Shown here: in pieces, positions 51,606 to 61,785 of the stretch | Numbering within the stretch: the stretch's first letter is position 1 | Layout of the letters: every line of letters starts with the position of its first letter | Source of the DNA: an uncultured Verrucomicrobiae bacterium | Lineage (GTDB): Bacteria; Verrucomicrobiota; Verrucomicrobiia; Chthoniobacterales; UBA10450 | DNA: 64,000 nt | Reading direction: 5' to 3' | NCBI GenBank assembly: GCA_963801815.1 | Contig: CAWDGJ010000003.1 | Location: forward strand, 192,001 to 256,000 | Program-made: the position numbers and the translations under genes | The notes under the pieces: generated by a model | What the model was told of the DNA's origin: nothing | Seen by the model: only the letters and a program-made list of their open reading frames with translations | Database searches by the model: none

Positions 51606-52996
51606 ACGCGGGCGCTCTCCGGTGAACTGCGTTTGGCGAAAACTGCGATCACCTCTTCGGTCCGCGCAAGGCGGCTTCCTTTGATCAAAATGAGATCGCC
51701 AGGCTCCGCAACGTCGATCAGCAACTCGGCCGCCTCCAATGTCGATCCAACGGCGCTGCTTTTCTCAAGTCCGGCTCGTTCCGACGCACGAGCGATGACT
51801 TCTCCCATCTCGCCGATTCCGATTAGTCGATCGACTCCAAGCGCAGCCGCTTCTTCACCGACTTCCTGATGCCCACGTTCCGATTCCGCGCCCAGTTCAC
51901 GCATTTCGCCAAGCACTGCGATTCTTTTTCCATCAGCCGGAAGTTCGACCAGCGTCCGCAATGCAGCTTTCATCGAATCCGGATTCGCATTGTAACTGTC
52001 GTCGAGGAAAAGAACGCCGTTGATCTCCTTGATCTGCAGCCGCGCTTTGGTCAGCGGCGCCGTGGCCAGGCCAATCGCACATTCTTCAAGAAGAACGCCG
52101 AAGGCGCGGCCCGCCGCGATGGCTAGCAATGCGTTTTGAATCATGTGAGAGCCTGGCACGGACAACCGCGCGCGGCAGCGGTGCGCGCCTTCCAGGATCG
52201 TGAAATCGGCCCCGTCGGAGCTTTGCTCAATATCGGTTGCGCGAAAGCCACCGTTTTCGATTCCGGCAAAAATTACCCGCGCGCGGGTGCGTTTCGCGAT
52301 CCCTTCGCTGAACGGATCGTCCGCATTGAGAATCACCGTGCCGTCGTCGCCAACGGCTTCGGCAAGCGCGCCTTTTTCCTGCGCGATTGCTTCGCGCGTG
52401 CCCATGAATTCAATGTGGGCGACACCCACATTAGTGATGATCGCGGCATCCGGCGCGGCGATCTTCGCCAGGGGAGCGACTTCGCCGGGATGGTTCATGC
52501 CGATTTCCCAGACTGCTACTTCGTCGGCCGACGTTGCTTCCAACATCGTACGTGGCAATCCAACGTGATTGTTAAAGTTGCCCTGTGTCTTGGTGACGCG
52601 AAATTTTCGACCGAGGACAGACGCGGCAAAATCCTTCGTGCTCGTTTTGCCGTTGCTACCGGTGATAGCGAGAACTCTGAGTGACAGCGATTTCCGATAA
52701 TTCGAGGCCAGGGTTTGGTAGGCAACCAGCGTATCCTTCGCCCGAATAATTGCGAACTTGCTTGGAACTTTTCCTTTCCAACTAGGGGCGACAATCGCTC
52801 CAGCGGCACCGCTCTTTGCCACATCTTCAATAAACTTGTGACCGTCGAAATTTTCACCGCGCAGGGCAACAAACAGTTCGCCCTTCTTAACGGTTCGAGA
52901 ATCGGTGCTGATTCTTTCGATTGAAACCGATCCGTCCCCGGTTTCGAGGTTCGCTTCGGCCAGCTTTGCAATTTGTGAAATCGATAAAGGATTCAT
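51602..52996 (-). CDS. murF: UDP-MurNAc-tripeptide--D-Ala-D-Ala ligase
   Basis: TGSNGKTSTK, NFNNHVGLP, EIGMNH, DDSYNANPDSM, IKGSR. Confidence 0.96.
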   Translation of the reverse strand: MNPLSISQIAKLAEANLETGDGSVSIERISTDSRTVKKGELFVALRGENFDGHKFIEDVAKSGAAGAIVAPSWKGKVPSKFAIIRAKDTLVAYQTLASNYRKSLSLRVLAITGSNGKTSTKDFAASVLGRKFRVTKTQGNFNNHVGLPRTMLEATSADEVAVWEIGMNHPGEVAPLAKIAAPDAAIITNVGVAHIEFMGTREAIAQEKGALAEAVGDDGTVILNADDPFSEGIAKRTRARVIFAGIENGGFRATDIEQSSDGADFTILEGAHRCRARLSVPGSHMIQNALLAIAAGRAFGVLLEECAIGLATAPLTKARLQIKEINGVLFLDDSYNANPDSMKAALRTLVELPADGKRIAVLGEMRELGAESERGHQEVGEEAAALGVDRLIGIGEMGEVIARASERAGLEKSSAVGSTLEAAELLIDVAEPGDLILIKGSRLARTEEVIAVFAKRSSPESARV

Positions 52997-54483
52997 TTAA
53001 ATTCGACCGGATGATTTTCGATCGCACGTCGCGCCACTTGAATGTCCTCGAATGGCACGATGTGATCGGCAAACTCCTGATAATTTTCGTGACCTTTGCC
53101 CGCGATCAACACGATGTCACGCGGTTGCGCGAGTCCAACTGCGCGGGCAATCGCCGCTGCTCGATCGGTGATTTTTTCGAACTGACTGCCGCGGAATCCC
53201 TTTTCAACATCGGAAATAATTTTTTCCGGATCTTCCTTGCGTGGATTGTCCGACGTGATGATCGCGAAGTCGGCGTTCTGGTCCACCACTTGCCCCATCA
53301 ACGGCCGTTTTTGACGGTCACGATTTCCGCCGCAGCCGAAAACGACGATCAAACGTCGCGGGGCCAGTTCGCGCAGCGTCTTGATCACGTTCAGCAGCGC
53401 ATCGGGCGTGTGGGCGTAGTCGACAAAAACCTGGAACTGGCGTTTCGCAGGAACCATTTCCAGACGACCGGGAACCTGTGGCGATTTACCAAGACTCAAA
53501 ATTGCCTCGCGCAGTCCGACGCCCAGCGCATTGGCAGCGGCGAGCGCGGCCATAGAGTTAGCGACGTTGAACCGTCCGATCAACGGCACTCGAATGAGGT
53601 AACTTTTTCCGCGCGCGTCGAGTTGATAAGACGTGCCGCCAAATTCCATTCGATAATTCGAAGCTCGAAAATCAGCTTTCAGGCTGGTCCCGAAAGTTAC
53701 GACCGAAATCTTGTTACTTATCGTCGAGATCAACTTTTGGCCGTAGCGATCGTCGATATTGATGATGGCGACCGGTTTTTTCTTTCGTTCCTGTCGCCCA
53801 AGCTGTTCGAACAACTTCGCTTTTGCTTCGAAGTAGTTCTCCATCGTTCCGTGAAAGTCGAGATGGTCTTGAGTGAGGTTCGTGAAAACGGCCGCGTCCC
53901 ATTCGATGCCGCGAGTGCGTTCCTGGGCCAGCGCGTGAGACGAGACTTCCATTGCGGCCGCCTTGCAGCCGGCATCTTTGATCTGCGACAGCAATTCTTG
54001 AAGGTCGAGGGATTCCGGAGTGGTCCGAGCCGCCGGTAAGACGCGTTCGCCGATTTCATAACGAACGGTTCCAAGCAAACCGCAGCGAGTTCCGGCTTTC
54101 TCGCAGATGTGTTTGATTAGGAACGTGGTCGTCGTTTTGCCGTTCGTTCCGGTAACGCCGGCAATTTTCAGTTTCCGGCCGGGATAATTATAAAATCGCG
54201 CGCCGAGATCCGCCATTGCGGTGCGCGTGCTTTCAACGACTACGGAAGTGGCGCGTCCCGCCAGGGCGGGATTCTCCGCGCGCTCGCCAACGATCACAGT
54301 GGCGCCTTTTTCGATGGCCTGGTCGATGAAGTCGTGGCCATCGCTCTTTTCGCCGCGCAATGCCACGAAGAGGCCATTCCTCTGTACACGGCGCGAGTCA
54401 TACGCGATGCTTTCCACCGCGCGATCAGCTGGGCCGATGATTTTGCGAACGGCAATCGCGTCGAGAAGAGTTTTGAGCTGCAT
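52993..54483 (-). CDS. murE: UDP-MurNAc-dipeptide--meso-DAP ligase
   Basis: TGTNGKTT, MEVSSHAL, VDYAHTPD, DNPR (DAP-specific motif), AGKGHE. Confidence 0.96.
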   Translation of the reverse strand: MQLKTLLDAIAVRKIIGPADRAVESIAYDSRRVQRNGLFVALRGEKSDGHDFIDQAIEKGATVIVGERAENPALAGRATSVVVESTRTAMADLGARFYNYPGRKLKIAGVTGTNGKTTTTFLIKHICEKAGTRCGLLGTVRYEIGERVLPAARTTPESLDLQELLSQIKDAGCKAAAMEVSSHALAQERTRGIEWDAAVFTNLTQDHLDFHGTMENYFEAKAKLFEQLGRQERKKKPVAIINIDDRYGQKLISTISNKISVVTFGTSLKADFRASNYRMEFGGTSYQLDARGKSYLIRVPLIGRFNVANSMAALAAANALGVGLREAILSLGKSPQVPGRLEMVPAKRQFQVFVDYAHTPDALLNVIKTLRELAPRRLIVVFGCGGNRDRQKRPLMGQVVDQNADFAIITSDNPRKEDPEKIISDVEKGFRGSQFEKITDRAAAIARAVGLAQPRDIVLIAGKGHENYQEFADHIVPFEDIQVARRAIENHPVEFK

Positions 54484-54511
54484 GAGGGTCCGCCATTTTT
54501 TGGCCAAGGAC

Positions 54512-56272
54512 TCAATGGCGTGAAGAATTGGTTAAGGCAACTCGCTCCACGGGGACGGCCTTGCGAATCTCCTCATGCGGCTCAAGATCGAGATAACGGG
54601 CGGCCTTTTCAGCGATCCGCGAGAAAATCGGACCCGCGACCTGGCCACCGTAATTTTGTTCCGGCTTTGTCTGGGCATCGTCGAGCACAACCAGTCCGAC
54701 AAATTCGGGATGGTCCGCCGGGAGATAGCCGCAGAACGAAACGACTTCCTTACCTTTCTCGTATCCGCCGTGCGGCCCAACTTTTTGCGCGGTACCGGTC
54801 TTGCCGGCGATGATAAAGCCGGGAACTGCGGCCGCTGCGGCGGTGCCGCGATCGCTCACTACGCCGCGAAGCGCCGTTCCGATTTGACCCGCAGTTTGGG
54901 ACGAGATTACCTGGCGAAGAGCGATCGGCTTCAACGTGCTGATGGTCTTACCGTCACTTGTAGTGATCGATTTGACTATTCGCGGCGTCATCAATCTTCC
55001 GCCGTTGGCGATCGCGCACATGGCAGCCGTCATTTGCAAAGGCGTTACGCCGATTTCGTGGCCCATCGGGATGCGGGTGATGGAAATCTTGCTCCATGAT
55101 TGGGGCGGGCGAATCAGTCCGGGAATTTCGCCGGGCAGCTCGACACCGGTCCGTTCGCCAAAGCCAAATCGCCGGATGTATTCGTAAAACTTCTGGTCGC
55201 CGAGGCTGATGGCCAGCTTGGCCGCGCCGATGTTGCTCGACTTCACAAGAATGTCTTTGACGCTCAGATCGCGAAATGCGGCGTGATCGTGCAACGGCGT
55301 TCCGCCGAAGTTCCAAACCCCGTTCTCGCAAAAAATGTAGGAGTCGAGGCTGAACTTGTGCTCGTTAAGCGCGGCTGCAGCGGTGACGATTTTAAATGTC
55401 GAGCCCGGCTCCATCATGTCGCAGATCGCGCGGTTCTTCATCTGTTCCGGCTTAGCGTCGGCTCGCTTGTTCAGATCGAAGTTGGGCCGGTTCGCCATCG
55501 CCAGGATCTCGCCGGTTTGTGGGCGCATCAGAATGATCGTCGCCTTCTTTGGCGAGTACTCGCGCATGGCGGCGTCGATCTCGTTCTCGACAATGTTCTG
55601 CAGATTAAGATCGACAGTGAGATGGACTTGATAGCCGTTGCGCGACGCTCGTTCCTGGCCGCGGTACAGGACGATTTCCTGCCCGGCACGATTATGCTCG
55701 ATGTAGCGGTAACCATCCTGTCCGTGCAGATATTCGTCCATCGAACCTTCCACGCCTTGAATGCCTTTATGTTCGAAATCGGTGAAGCCAATCACGTGAC
55801 AAAGCATTGCGCCGTTGGGATAAACGCGCATGGCATCCTGTTCGAAATAAATTCCGCGGAAATTTTGGGCGCGGAGTTTTTGATTAAGTAAATCGGCGTT
55901 CGCCTTTGCGACTTCTCGTTTCAGAACGATGTAACGCCGATCAGTCTGCAGTTTTTCGGAGACTTCGGCGCGCGGAAGTCTTAATTCGTCCGCGACAAGA
56001 TCGACAGTGGCATCAACATTGTTAAGCCGGGTGGCGTCGGCGACCACGGTTTCAACCGGAACGTTATTGGCGAGCACTTCGTTGTTGGCATCAAGGATCG
56101 CGCCGCGCTCGGCGAAGATCGGTTGCTTGATGACGTGCTTCTCCGCGGCGAGGCCGGCGTATTCGTCGTGCTTGATCATCTGGAGATAGATCAAGCGGAA
56201 CGAAAAGAGGCTGAAAAGAAGGATGAAGCCGAGGCAGACGAGTGCGCATCGGGTGCGGCTGTTCCATTTCAT
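54512..56272 (-). CDS. ftsI: Class B penicillin-binding protein FtsI
   Basis: Starts MKWNSRTR; RGAILD, EPGSTFK (SxxK), KSSNIG (SxN), GKTGTAQ. Confidence 0.93.
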   Translation of the reverse strand: MKWNSRTRCALVCLGFILLFSLFSFRLIYLQMIKHDEYAGLAAEKHVIKQPIFAERGAILDANNEVLANNVPVETVVADATRLNNVDATVDLVADELRLPRAEVSEKLQTDRRYIVLKREVAKANADLLNQKLRAQNFRGIYFEQDAMRVYPNGAMLCHVIGFTDFEHKGIQGVEGSMDEYLHGQDGYRYIEHNRAGQEIVLYRGQERASRNGYQVHLTVDLNLQNIVENEIDAAMREYSPKKATIILMRPQTGEILAMANRPNFDLNKRADAKPEQMKNRAICDMMEPGSTFKIVTAAAALNEHKFSLDSYIFCENGVWNFGGTPLHDHAAFRDLSVKDILVKSSNIGAAKLAISLGDQKFYEYIRRFGFGERTGVELPGEIPGLIRPPQSWSKISITRIPMGHEIGVTPLQMTAAMCAIANGGRLMTPRIVKSITTSDGKTISTLKPIALRQVISSQTAGQIGTALRGVVSDRGTAAAAAVPGFIIAGKTGTAQKVGPHGGYEKGKEVVSFCGYLPADHPEFVGLVVLDDAQTKPEQNYGGQVAGPIFSRIAEKAARYLDLEPHEEIRKAVPVERVALTNSSRH

Positions 56273-56632
56273 CTCGCGCTCCGCTGGTTCGAAACCGGCT
56301 GAATGGCGTCGTCCGAATTCCGGGCGGGCAAGGTGAGCCGAACGATGTTGTGTTCGGCGATCGGAATCATTTTCAGATAACCTTCCTTCAACCGGCGTTG
56401 CAATGCGGAGCGCGAGGTCAGGGCCGCGATCTGAACGCTGGCGACCTCGTTTTGCATCCGCAAATTGGCGAGCTCCGTCTCGAGCGCCTTTTTTCGATCG
56501 CCCAGATGATACAGCTGAAGCGTGAGATAGACGTAGCAAAGCCCCGTCAGCGCGAGAAATGCCGTTAACACAATCCAGCGCGCGAGCGACGCGGCGTTGA
56601 CTTCATTCCAATTTTCGTCGCGACCGGCTCAT
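56269..56632 (-). CDS. FtsL-like cell division protein (apparent indel near the 5' end)
   Basis: Basic N-terminus, one TM segment, coiled coil; between rsmH and ftsI with ATGA overlaps at both ends. Confidence 0.7.
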
Positions 56633-57631
56633 CCGATTTTCTCGGCCACGCGCAACTTCGCGCTGCGCGAGCGCGGATTGGCTCGCTGTTCGTTTTCGCC
56701 CGGTTCGACCGGCTTCGGCGTGATCAGACTCAAATCGAAATCCGGATTACGTCGCGGCTCGGGCCATTCCGGCCGATCGAGCCATTCACGGCTGCGATCG
56801 CGGAAGAAATTCTTCACGATTCGATCCTCGAGCGAATGAAACGTGATGACGGCGATGCGCGCGCCGGGTTCCAGGCGCGCGGTCAAAACGCGCAGGCCTT
56901 GTTCGAGCGCGCCCAGTTCGTCGTTCACTTCCATGCGCAGCGCTTGAAAAACTTGCGTGGCCGGATGACGGCGACCGTGACGGCCGACAACTTTTTCGAT
57001 CGCGCGACTCAACTGCAGCGTCTCGTGAAGGGCGCGTCTTTGCGCATCTTCACGATCAAGCTCGGCGATGCGACGCGCAGCCGGTTCTTCGCCCAGTTCA
57101 CGAAAGAGACGCGTCAGTTCTTCTTCGCTGTAACTATTAACGATGTCGGCCGCAGTGATCATCGATCCCGGATCCATTCGCATGTCGAGCGGTCCATTGC
57201 GCATCAGGCTGAAACCGCGCTCCGCGTTCTCGAGTTGACGCGAGGAAACGCCAAGGTCGAGAAGCGCGCCGCCGATCTTTCCAATCGCCGAGCTCGTCCA
57301 GAATTTTGTCCGCGTCGCGAAAGTTAGCCTGACGCAGCGTGACGCGTCCGCCGAAATGCGCGAGTTCTTCGCGTGTATGCGCGATCGCTTCCGGATCCTG
57401 ATCGAGCGCAAGCACGTCGGCGCCAGTCTTCAGAATGGCTTCGGTGTGACCGCCGCCGCCGCAGGTTGCATCGACAACCAGCGAGCCGGGACGCGGCGCG
57501 AGCAATTCGATCGCTTCCGTGACCAGCACCGGCCGATGATAAGTAAAGTCCTCCATTTCCTGCGCCTCCTCTTCCAGTATCAGCGGACCGGTCGCGAACC
57601 AGACGGGCCGCTCAAATAACAATGCGTTCAT
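56629..57631 (-). CDS. rsmH: 16S rRNA C1402 N4-methyltransferase (apparent frameshifts)
   Basis: HRPVL, DATCGGGGH, DLGVSSRQL, PLDMRMD, FQALRMEVN, FHSLEDRIVK, NPRSRSAKLR. Confidence 0.94.
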
Positions 57632-57642
57632 AGTAGGGTTGC

Positions 57643-58094
57643 TTACAAACCGATCACGTTGGCAACGTGCTGGTAAGTGGGCGTCTCCTCTTCGTGCGCC
57701 TTCTTCCGGCTCTGCAGAGTTCCAAATTTCAAAACGGCCGCGACCGCCGACCAGCGCGACCTCGCCTTTCAACCCAAGCTTTTGGCAAAGATCGTCCGGC
57801 AGAACGAGACGGCCTTGTTTGTCGGCGGTGCCATGCTGAGCGCGGGAGTGGAGTTGGCGAAGAAAAACGCGGCGATCGCGCGCGGAAACATTGGGGTCAG
57901 TTTCGGCAGCGCGCGCTCATACGAGAAAATTCTTCAGGCGACATGACCAGGAGAAATTGATGATTCGCCTCCGGAAGAATGATGAATTCTTCAGCGCCAT
58001 CGCGACGCCAGCGCGCGGGAATGGTGATGCGGTTCTTTTCGTCGATGAAGTGACGAAACTCGCCGGCGTAGAAGCGTTGTTCAGGCGTATCCAT
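57643..58094 (-). CDS. mraZ: Division/cell wall cluster repressor MraZ (apparent frameshifts)
   Basis: GEFRHFIDEKNRITIPARWR, DKQGRLVL, LVGGRGRFEIW; first gene of the dcw cluster. Confidence 0.92.
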
Positions 58095-58112
58095 GGGCGG
58101 GTGGAGAAATGT

Positions 58113-58166
58113 TCCATTCTAACCCACTTTTCCCCACTTTTAACCACCTTCCGCGCCATACGTCAA
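58113..58166 (-). promoter_or_regulatory. dcw promoter with MraZ-binding repeats
   Basis: Minus strand TTGACG (-35-like), then GTGGT, GTGGG, GTGGG, ATGGA at exact 10-bp period just upstream of mraZ. Confidence 0.8.
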
Positions 58167-58294
58167 CAAAAATAATCGCTTCCCGTTGACCTGATCTTCC
58201 CGGAGGCGATGGACTTATCGGCCAGCGGCCATGACGTCCTCACGTGCGGATGGGGTTGCCCCTTGGAAGAAAAAGGGTTAAGAAGTCAGCCCCG

Positions 58295-58978
58295 ATGATT
58301 GATTACATCCAAAAGGGCGGTCTGCTGATGTGGCCGATCCTGGCCTGTAGCATTGTCGCCATCGCTGTTTTTGCCGAGCGGTTCTTTTATTTGCATCGCG
58401 CGACCATTCATGTCGGCGAATTTCTCAAGGGACTTTCGAATTTGGTCCAGCGCCGGAACTTCGCCGAGGCTCTCCACGAATCAGCGGGCACGCCAGGCCC
58501 GGTTGCTCGCGTGATTCACGCCGCAGTTCTTCGCCACGATCTGCCTCGTTCCGAACTTCGCGAGATCGTTCAGGAAGCGGGACAACTTGAAGTTCCCAAG
58601 CTCGAGCGGTTTCTGGGTGTGCTCGCAACCCTGGCTTTTCTTGCGCCGCTACTTGGTTTACTCGGAACCGTATCCGGGATGATCGACGCCTTTGGGATGA
58701 TCGCCTCCCACGGCGGCTATGCGACCGTTACCGAGCTTTCCGGCGGGATTTATAAGAGTTTGCTCACGACTGCCGCCGGACTTGTTGTCGCGGCACCAAC
58801 ATTTGTTGCCTACAGCTACCTATCCTCGCGTGTGAACACGATGATGCATGAAATGGAACGCGCCGGCATTGAGATCGTGCATATGTTGAAGGACAGCGAA
58901 GCCCTCAGCGGCATCATTAGCTTCCAGCAAACTGCTGAAACAGTGCCGGGCTCCCGAGAAGCGCGCCGCGATCATTGA
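58295..58978 (+). CDS. MotA/TolQ/ExbB proton channel protein
   Basis: GGLLMWPI, APLLGLLGTVSGMI, LLTTAAGL. Confidence 0.92.
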   Translation: MIDYIQKGGLLMWPILACSIVAIAVFAERFFYLHRATIHVGEFLKGLSNLVQRRNFAEALHESAGTPGPVARVIHAAVLRHDLPRSELREIVQEAGQLEVPKLERFLGVLATLAFLAPLLGLLGTVSGMIDAFGMIASHGGYATVTELSGGIYKSLLTTAAGLVVAAPTFVAYSYLSSRVNTMMHEMERAGIEIVHMLKDSEALSGIISFQQTAETVPGSREARRDH

Positions 58979-58982
58979 TTTC

Positions 58983-59109
58983 TAACTACGAATTGACCAG
59001 CCTTTACCCAGTTACGGCTTGGCAAGCACTAATAGACACGAAATAAGGAGGACGCGATGGCGCGGACGGGCGCCTCAGATTCGTGTGAGTTAGTGTTCAT
59101 TCGTGGTTA
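58983..59109. repeat. Inverted repeat pair (AACCACGAATGAACACTAA-type) with a 30-nt insert in the left arm
   Basis: Left arm 58983-58996 plus 59027-59042 matches the reverse complement of 59080-59109 at 24 of 30 positions. Confidence 0.75.
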
Positions 59110-59122
59110 AATTTTCTCCTCA

Positions 59123-59527
59123 ATGAAGCTGAGCCGCACCAAAGAATATAACTTCGGTTGGCTTGTCGTTTTCCCGCTGATCGACGTCGTGTTTCTGCTC
59201 ATCTTCTTTACGCTGTTGAGCTCGAATTTTATTCTTCAGCCGGGGATCGCCGTGACCGCCCCAACCACGCCGTTTCTGCTTAGCGTTCAGAGAAATCAGC
59301 AAATCATCAGCATTACCAGCGGTACAGTACCGGCGATCTATTTTCGCGACCAGAAAACCTCTCTCGAAAACCTCGGACCGTTGCTCGACGACGCTAAGCG
59401 CGAAAATCGATCCATTATTATTAAGGCTGACCGCCAAACGCCCTATGAGCTGGTGGTGGCGGTGACCAATGCCGCACTCGAGCACGGCATTTCGTCCGTG
59501 TCGCTGGCTGGAGCTGCACCGAAATGA
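59123..59527 (+). CDS. Biopolymer transporter ExbD/TolR
   Basis: PLIDVVFLLIFF, IIKADRQTPY. Confidence 0.92.
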   Translation: MKLSRTKEYNFGWLVVFPLIDVVFLLIFFTLLSSNFILQPGIAVTAPTTPFLLSVQRNQQIISITSGTVPAIYFRDQKTSLENLGPLLDDAKRENRSIIIKADRQTPYELVVAVTNAALEHGISSVSLAGAAPK

Positions 59528-60297
59528 ACGCACCCTCGACTGCGCCGTTGATTTTTAACTGGGACCAGCCGCGCCGGCGCAATTTCGCTTTCGCCGGGTT
59601 CATTGTGGCTTCCTTCGGAATTCACATCGCTTGCTTTTATCTTTTTCAGGTTGTTTATCCGTCAACCGTCTCGCTTCTTCCAGCGCCCCAACGGGTCAAT
59701 CTGATGACTGCGAATTCAGAGCAAACTGCTTCCCTGTTGCGCTGGATCGAAGCGGAAGATCCGGCGCTTGCTTCAACGACAAGAAGGCCGCCGCATCTGC
59801 CGCGTCGCGAGATGGGAAAAGTGGAGCACGTTCCCTCGTATTTTGCGAGAGAGCCGGCCTTGAAAGAACCACCGCCTTTGGTTGCAGATCTCCGGGTTCC
59901 AAGCGCGCAACCGCCTGGGCCAGTGCCGATGACGCGCCCCGCGGTTGCGCCGCCGATTGGAATTCAGCCGACGCGAGTGGTTTTCTCCTCTGATTTACAG
60001 CAGTTGGGTGCGGCAAAACTTGCCGCCGGGGATTTTAAGGCGGCGGCAATCGAACTGCCGCAGGACGCGCAGTTTCGGATAGCAGTTGATGCCCAGGGGG
60101 CGGTCGTTTACTGCTTCACGTTAACTTCCTCCGGCGACGCAGTCCTTGACGAGCAAGCTCGCCAACACCTCGCGCTCTGCCGATTCCCAACTGCATCGAG
60201 AGGGGACAGCGGCGCGCTGGTTTGGGGAATCGTGACGATAGAGTGGGGCAACGACGTAGCCACTCCGAATGCAAAACCAACTCCGAGCGAGCCGTGA
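59524..60297 (+). CDS. TonB/TolA-like energy transducer
   Basis: TM helix with S..IH, Pro-rich linker, C-terminal AVDAQGAV...SSGDAVLDEQA. Confidence 0.7.
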   Translation: MNAPSTAPLIFNWDQPRRRNFAFAGFIVASFGIHIACFYLFQVVYPSTVSLLPAPQRVNLMTANSEQTASLLRWIEAEDPALASTTRRPPHLPRREMGKVEHVPSYFAREPALKEPPPLVADLRVPSAQPPGPVPMTRPAVAPPIGIQPTRVVFSSDLQQLGAAKLAAGDFKAAAIELPQDAQFRIAVDAQGAVVYCFTLTSSGDAVLDEQARQHLALCRFPTASRGDSGALVWGIVTIEWGNDVATPNAKPTPSEP

Positions 60298-60533
60298 TTC
60301 GAGTCAGTCTCGCTACGCTCGTCACGATTTATCTGCTGCTTTTCCTTGCGACGATTTTTCTTCTCTGGATAGTAGGTGAGTGGAATCGGCGCCGGCGTGA
60401 GCGGCGCGCATTGCGCTACCGGTTACGTTGCGTGATTTGCGCGTTCGAGTTTGAGGATCGAACGGCGGCACTACTTCCACGCTGTCCGCGTTGCGGAAGT
60501 TTGAACGAAAGATTTAGATTGGAGCAAATTTAA
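60294..60533 (+). CDS. Small membrane protein with zinc ribbon
   Basis: GTG start overlapping the tonB-like stop; TM helix, then CVIC...CPRCGSLN. Confidence 0.7.
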   Translation: MIRVSLATLVTIYLLLFLATIFLLWIVGEWNRRRRERRALRYRLRCVICAFEFEDRTAALLPRCPRCGSLNERFRLEQI

Positions 60534-60535
60534 TT

Positions 60536-61713
60536 ATGGGAATGTGGATTGGCCGAAATCGAAAAGCGCGCGTCACCTACGGGTTCGACGAAATCGCGCT
60601 CGTTCCTGGTCGTGTCACGATCAATCCAAACGAAGTCGACATCACGTTTCGTTTGCCGCGCAAAAACGCGGAGCCCTTGAACTGAAGATCCCCATCCTCG
60701 CCAGCGCCATGGACGGCGTGGTCGATGTGAAGTTTGCGGTCGCGATGAGCAAGCTCGGCGGCCTTGCCGTTTTGAATCTCGAAGGCGTTCAGACTCGCTA
60801 CAAGAATCCGCAGGAAGTTTTGCAAAAAGTTGTCGATACCGACAAATCGGAAGTCACCGCGCTGCTGCAGCGAATTTACCAGGAACCGGTTCAGGCGGAT
60901 TTGATCGCCGCCCGCGTGAAACAAATCAAAGACGAAGGCGGAATCGCGGCGGTCAGTTCGATTCCGCAACGCGCCGCCGAGTTTGGCCCGATCGCCCAGG
61001 AAGCCGGCGCCGACGTTTTCGTCGTGCAAAGCACGGTCTCGACCGTGCGCCATATTTCGACCGAATATAAATCGCTCGATCTCACAAAATTTTGCGCCGA
61101 TATGCGCATCCCGGTGATCGTCGGTAACACCGTCGGTTACGATGTCACGTTGGAAATCATGGAATGCGGTCCCGCGGCCGTTTTGATCGGCGTCGGCCCC
61201 GGCGCGGCGTGCACTTCGCGCGGCGTGCTCGGTCTTGGCGTGCCGCAGGTCACGGCCACGGTCGATTGCGCGGCGGCGCGCGATGCTTATTTCAAGAAAA
61301 CGTCGCGCTACGTTCCGATCATTACCGACGGCGGAATGAGCAAAGGCGGCGATGTCTGCAAAGCGCTCGCTTGCGGCGCGGACGCGGTCATGGTGGGCAG
61401 CGCGTTCGCCCGCGCACACGAAGCGCCGGGCTCCGGTTATCATTGGGGAATGGCTACGCCGCATGCGAATCTGCCGCGCGGCACGCGCATCAAGGTCGGC
61501 ACCACCGGTTCGCTGAAACAAATTTTGTTCGGCCCGGCCGAAGTCGACGACGGCAGCCAGAATCTGGTCGGCGCGATCACGACCTGCATGGGCAACGTCG
61601 GCGCGCGGAACATCGCCGAGTTTCAGCAGACCGAAATCATCATCGCGCCGTCGATCAAAACCGAAGGCAAACTTTTCCAGACGGTGCAGAGCGTCGGAAT
61701 GGGAACGCGCTAA
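60536..61713 (+). CDS. GuaB3-family IMP dehydrogenase-related protein (apparent frameshift near 60670)
   Basis: MGMWIGRNRKARVTYGFDEIALVP, ASAMDGV, GVGPGAACTSR, WGMATP; no CBS domains. Confidence 0.9.
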
Positions 61714-61785
61714 AAGCAGTGACAAGTGACAATGATTAATGATCCTGTCTGGTCGACCGATCACTGAACACTCGTCACTCATTTC

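Noticed and set aside
56273..56539. N-terminal extension of FtsI in the 675-aa ORF call
   Set aside because: Overlaps the ftsL-like gene in another frame; ATG 56272 gives a normal FtsI with an ATGA overlap
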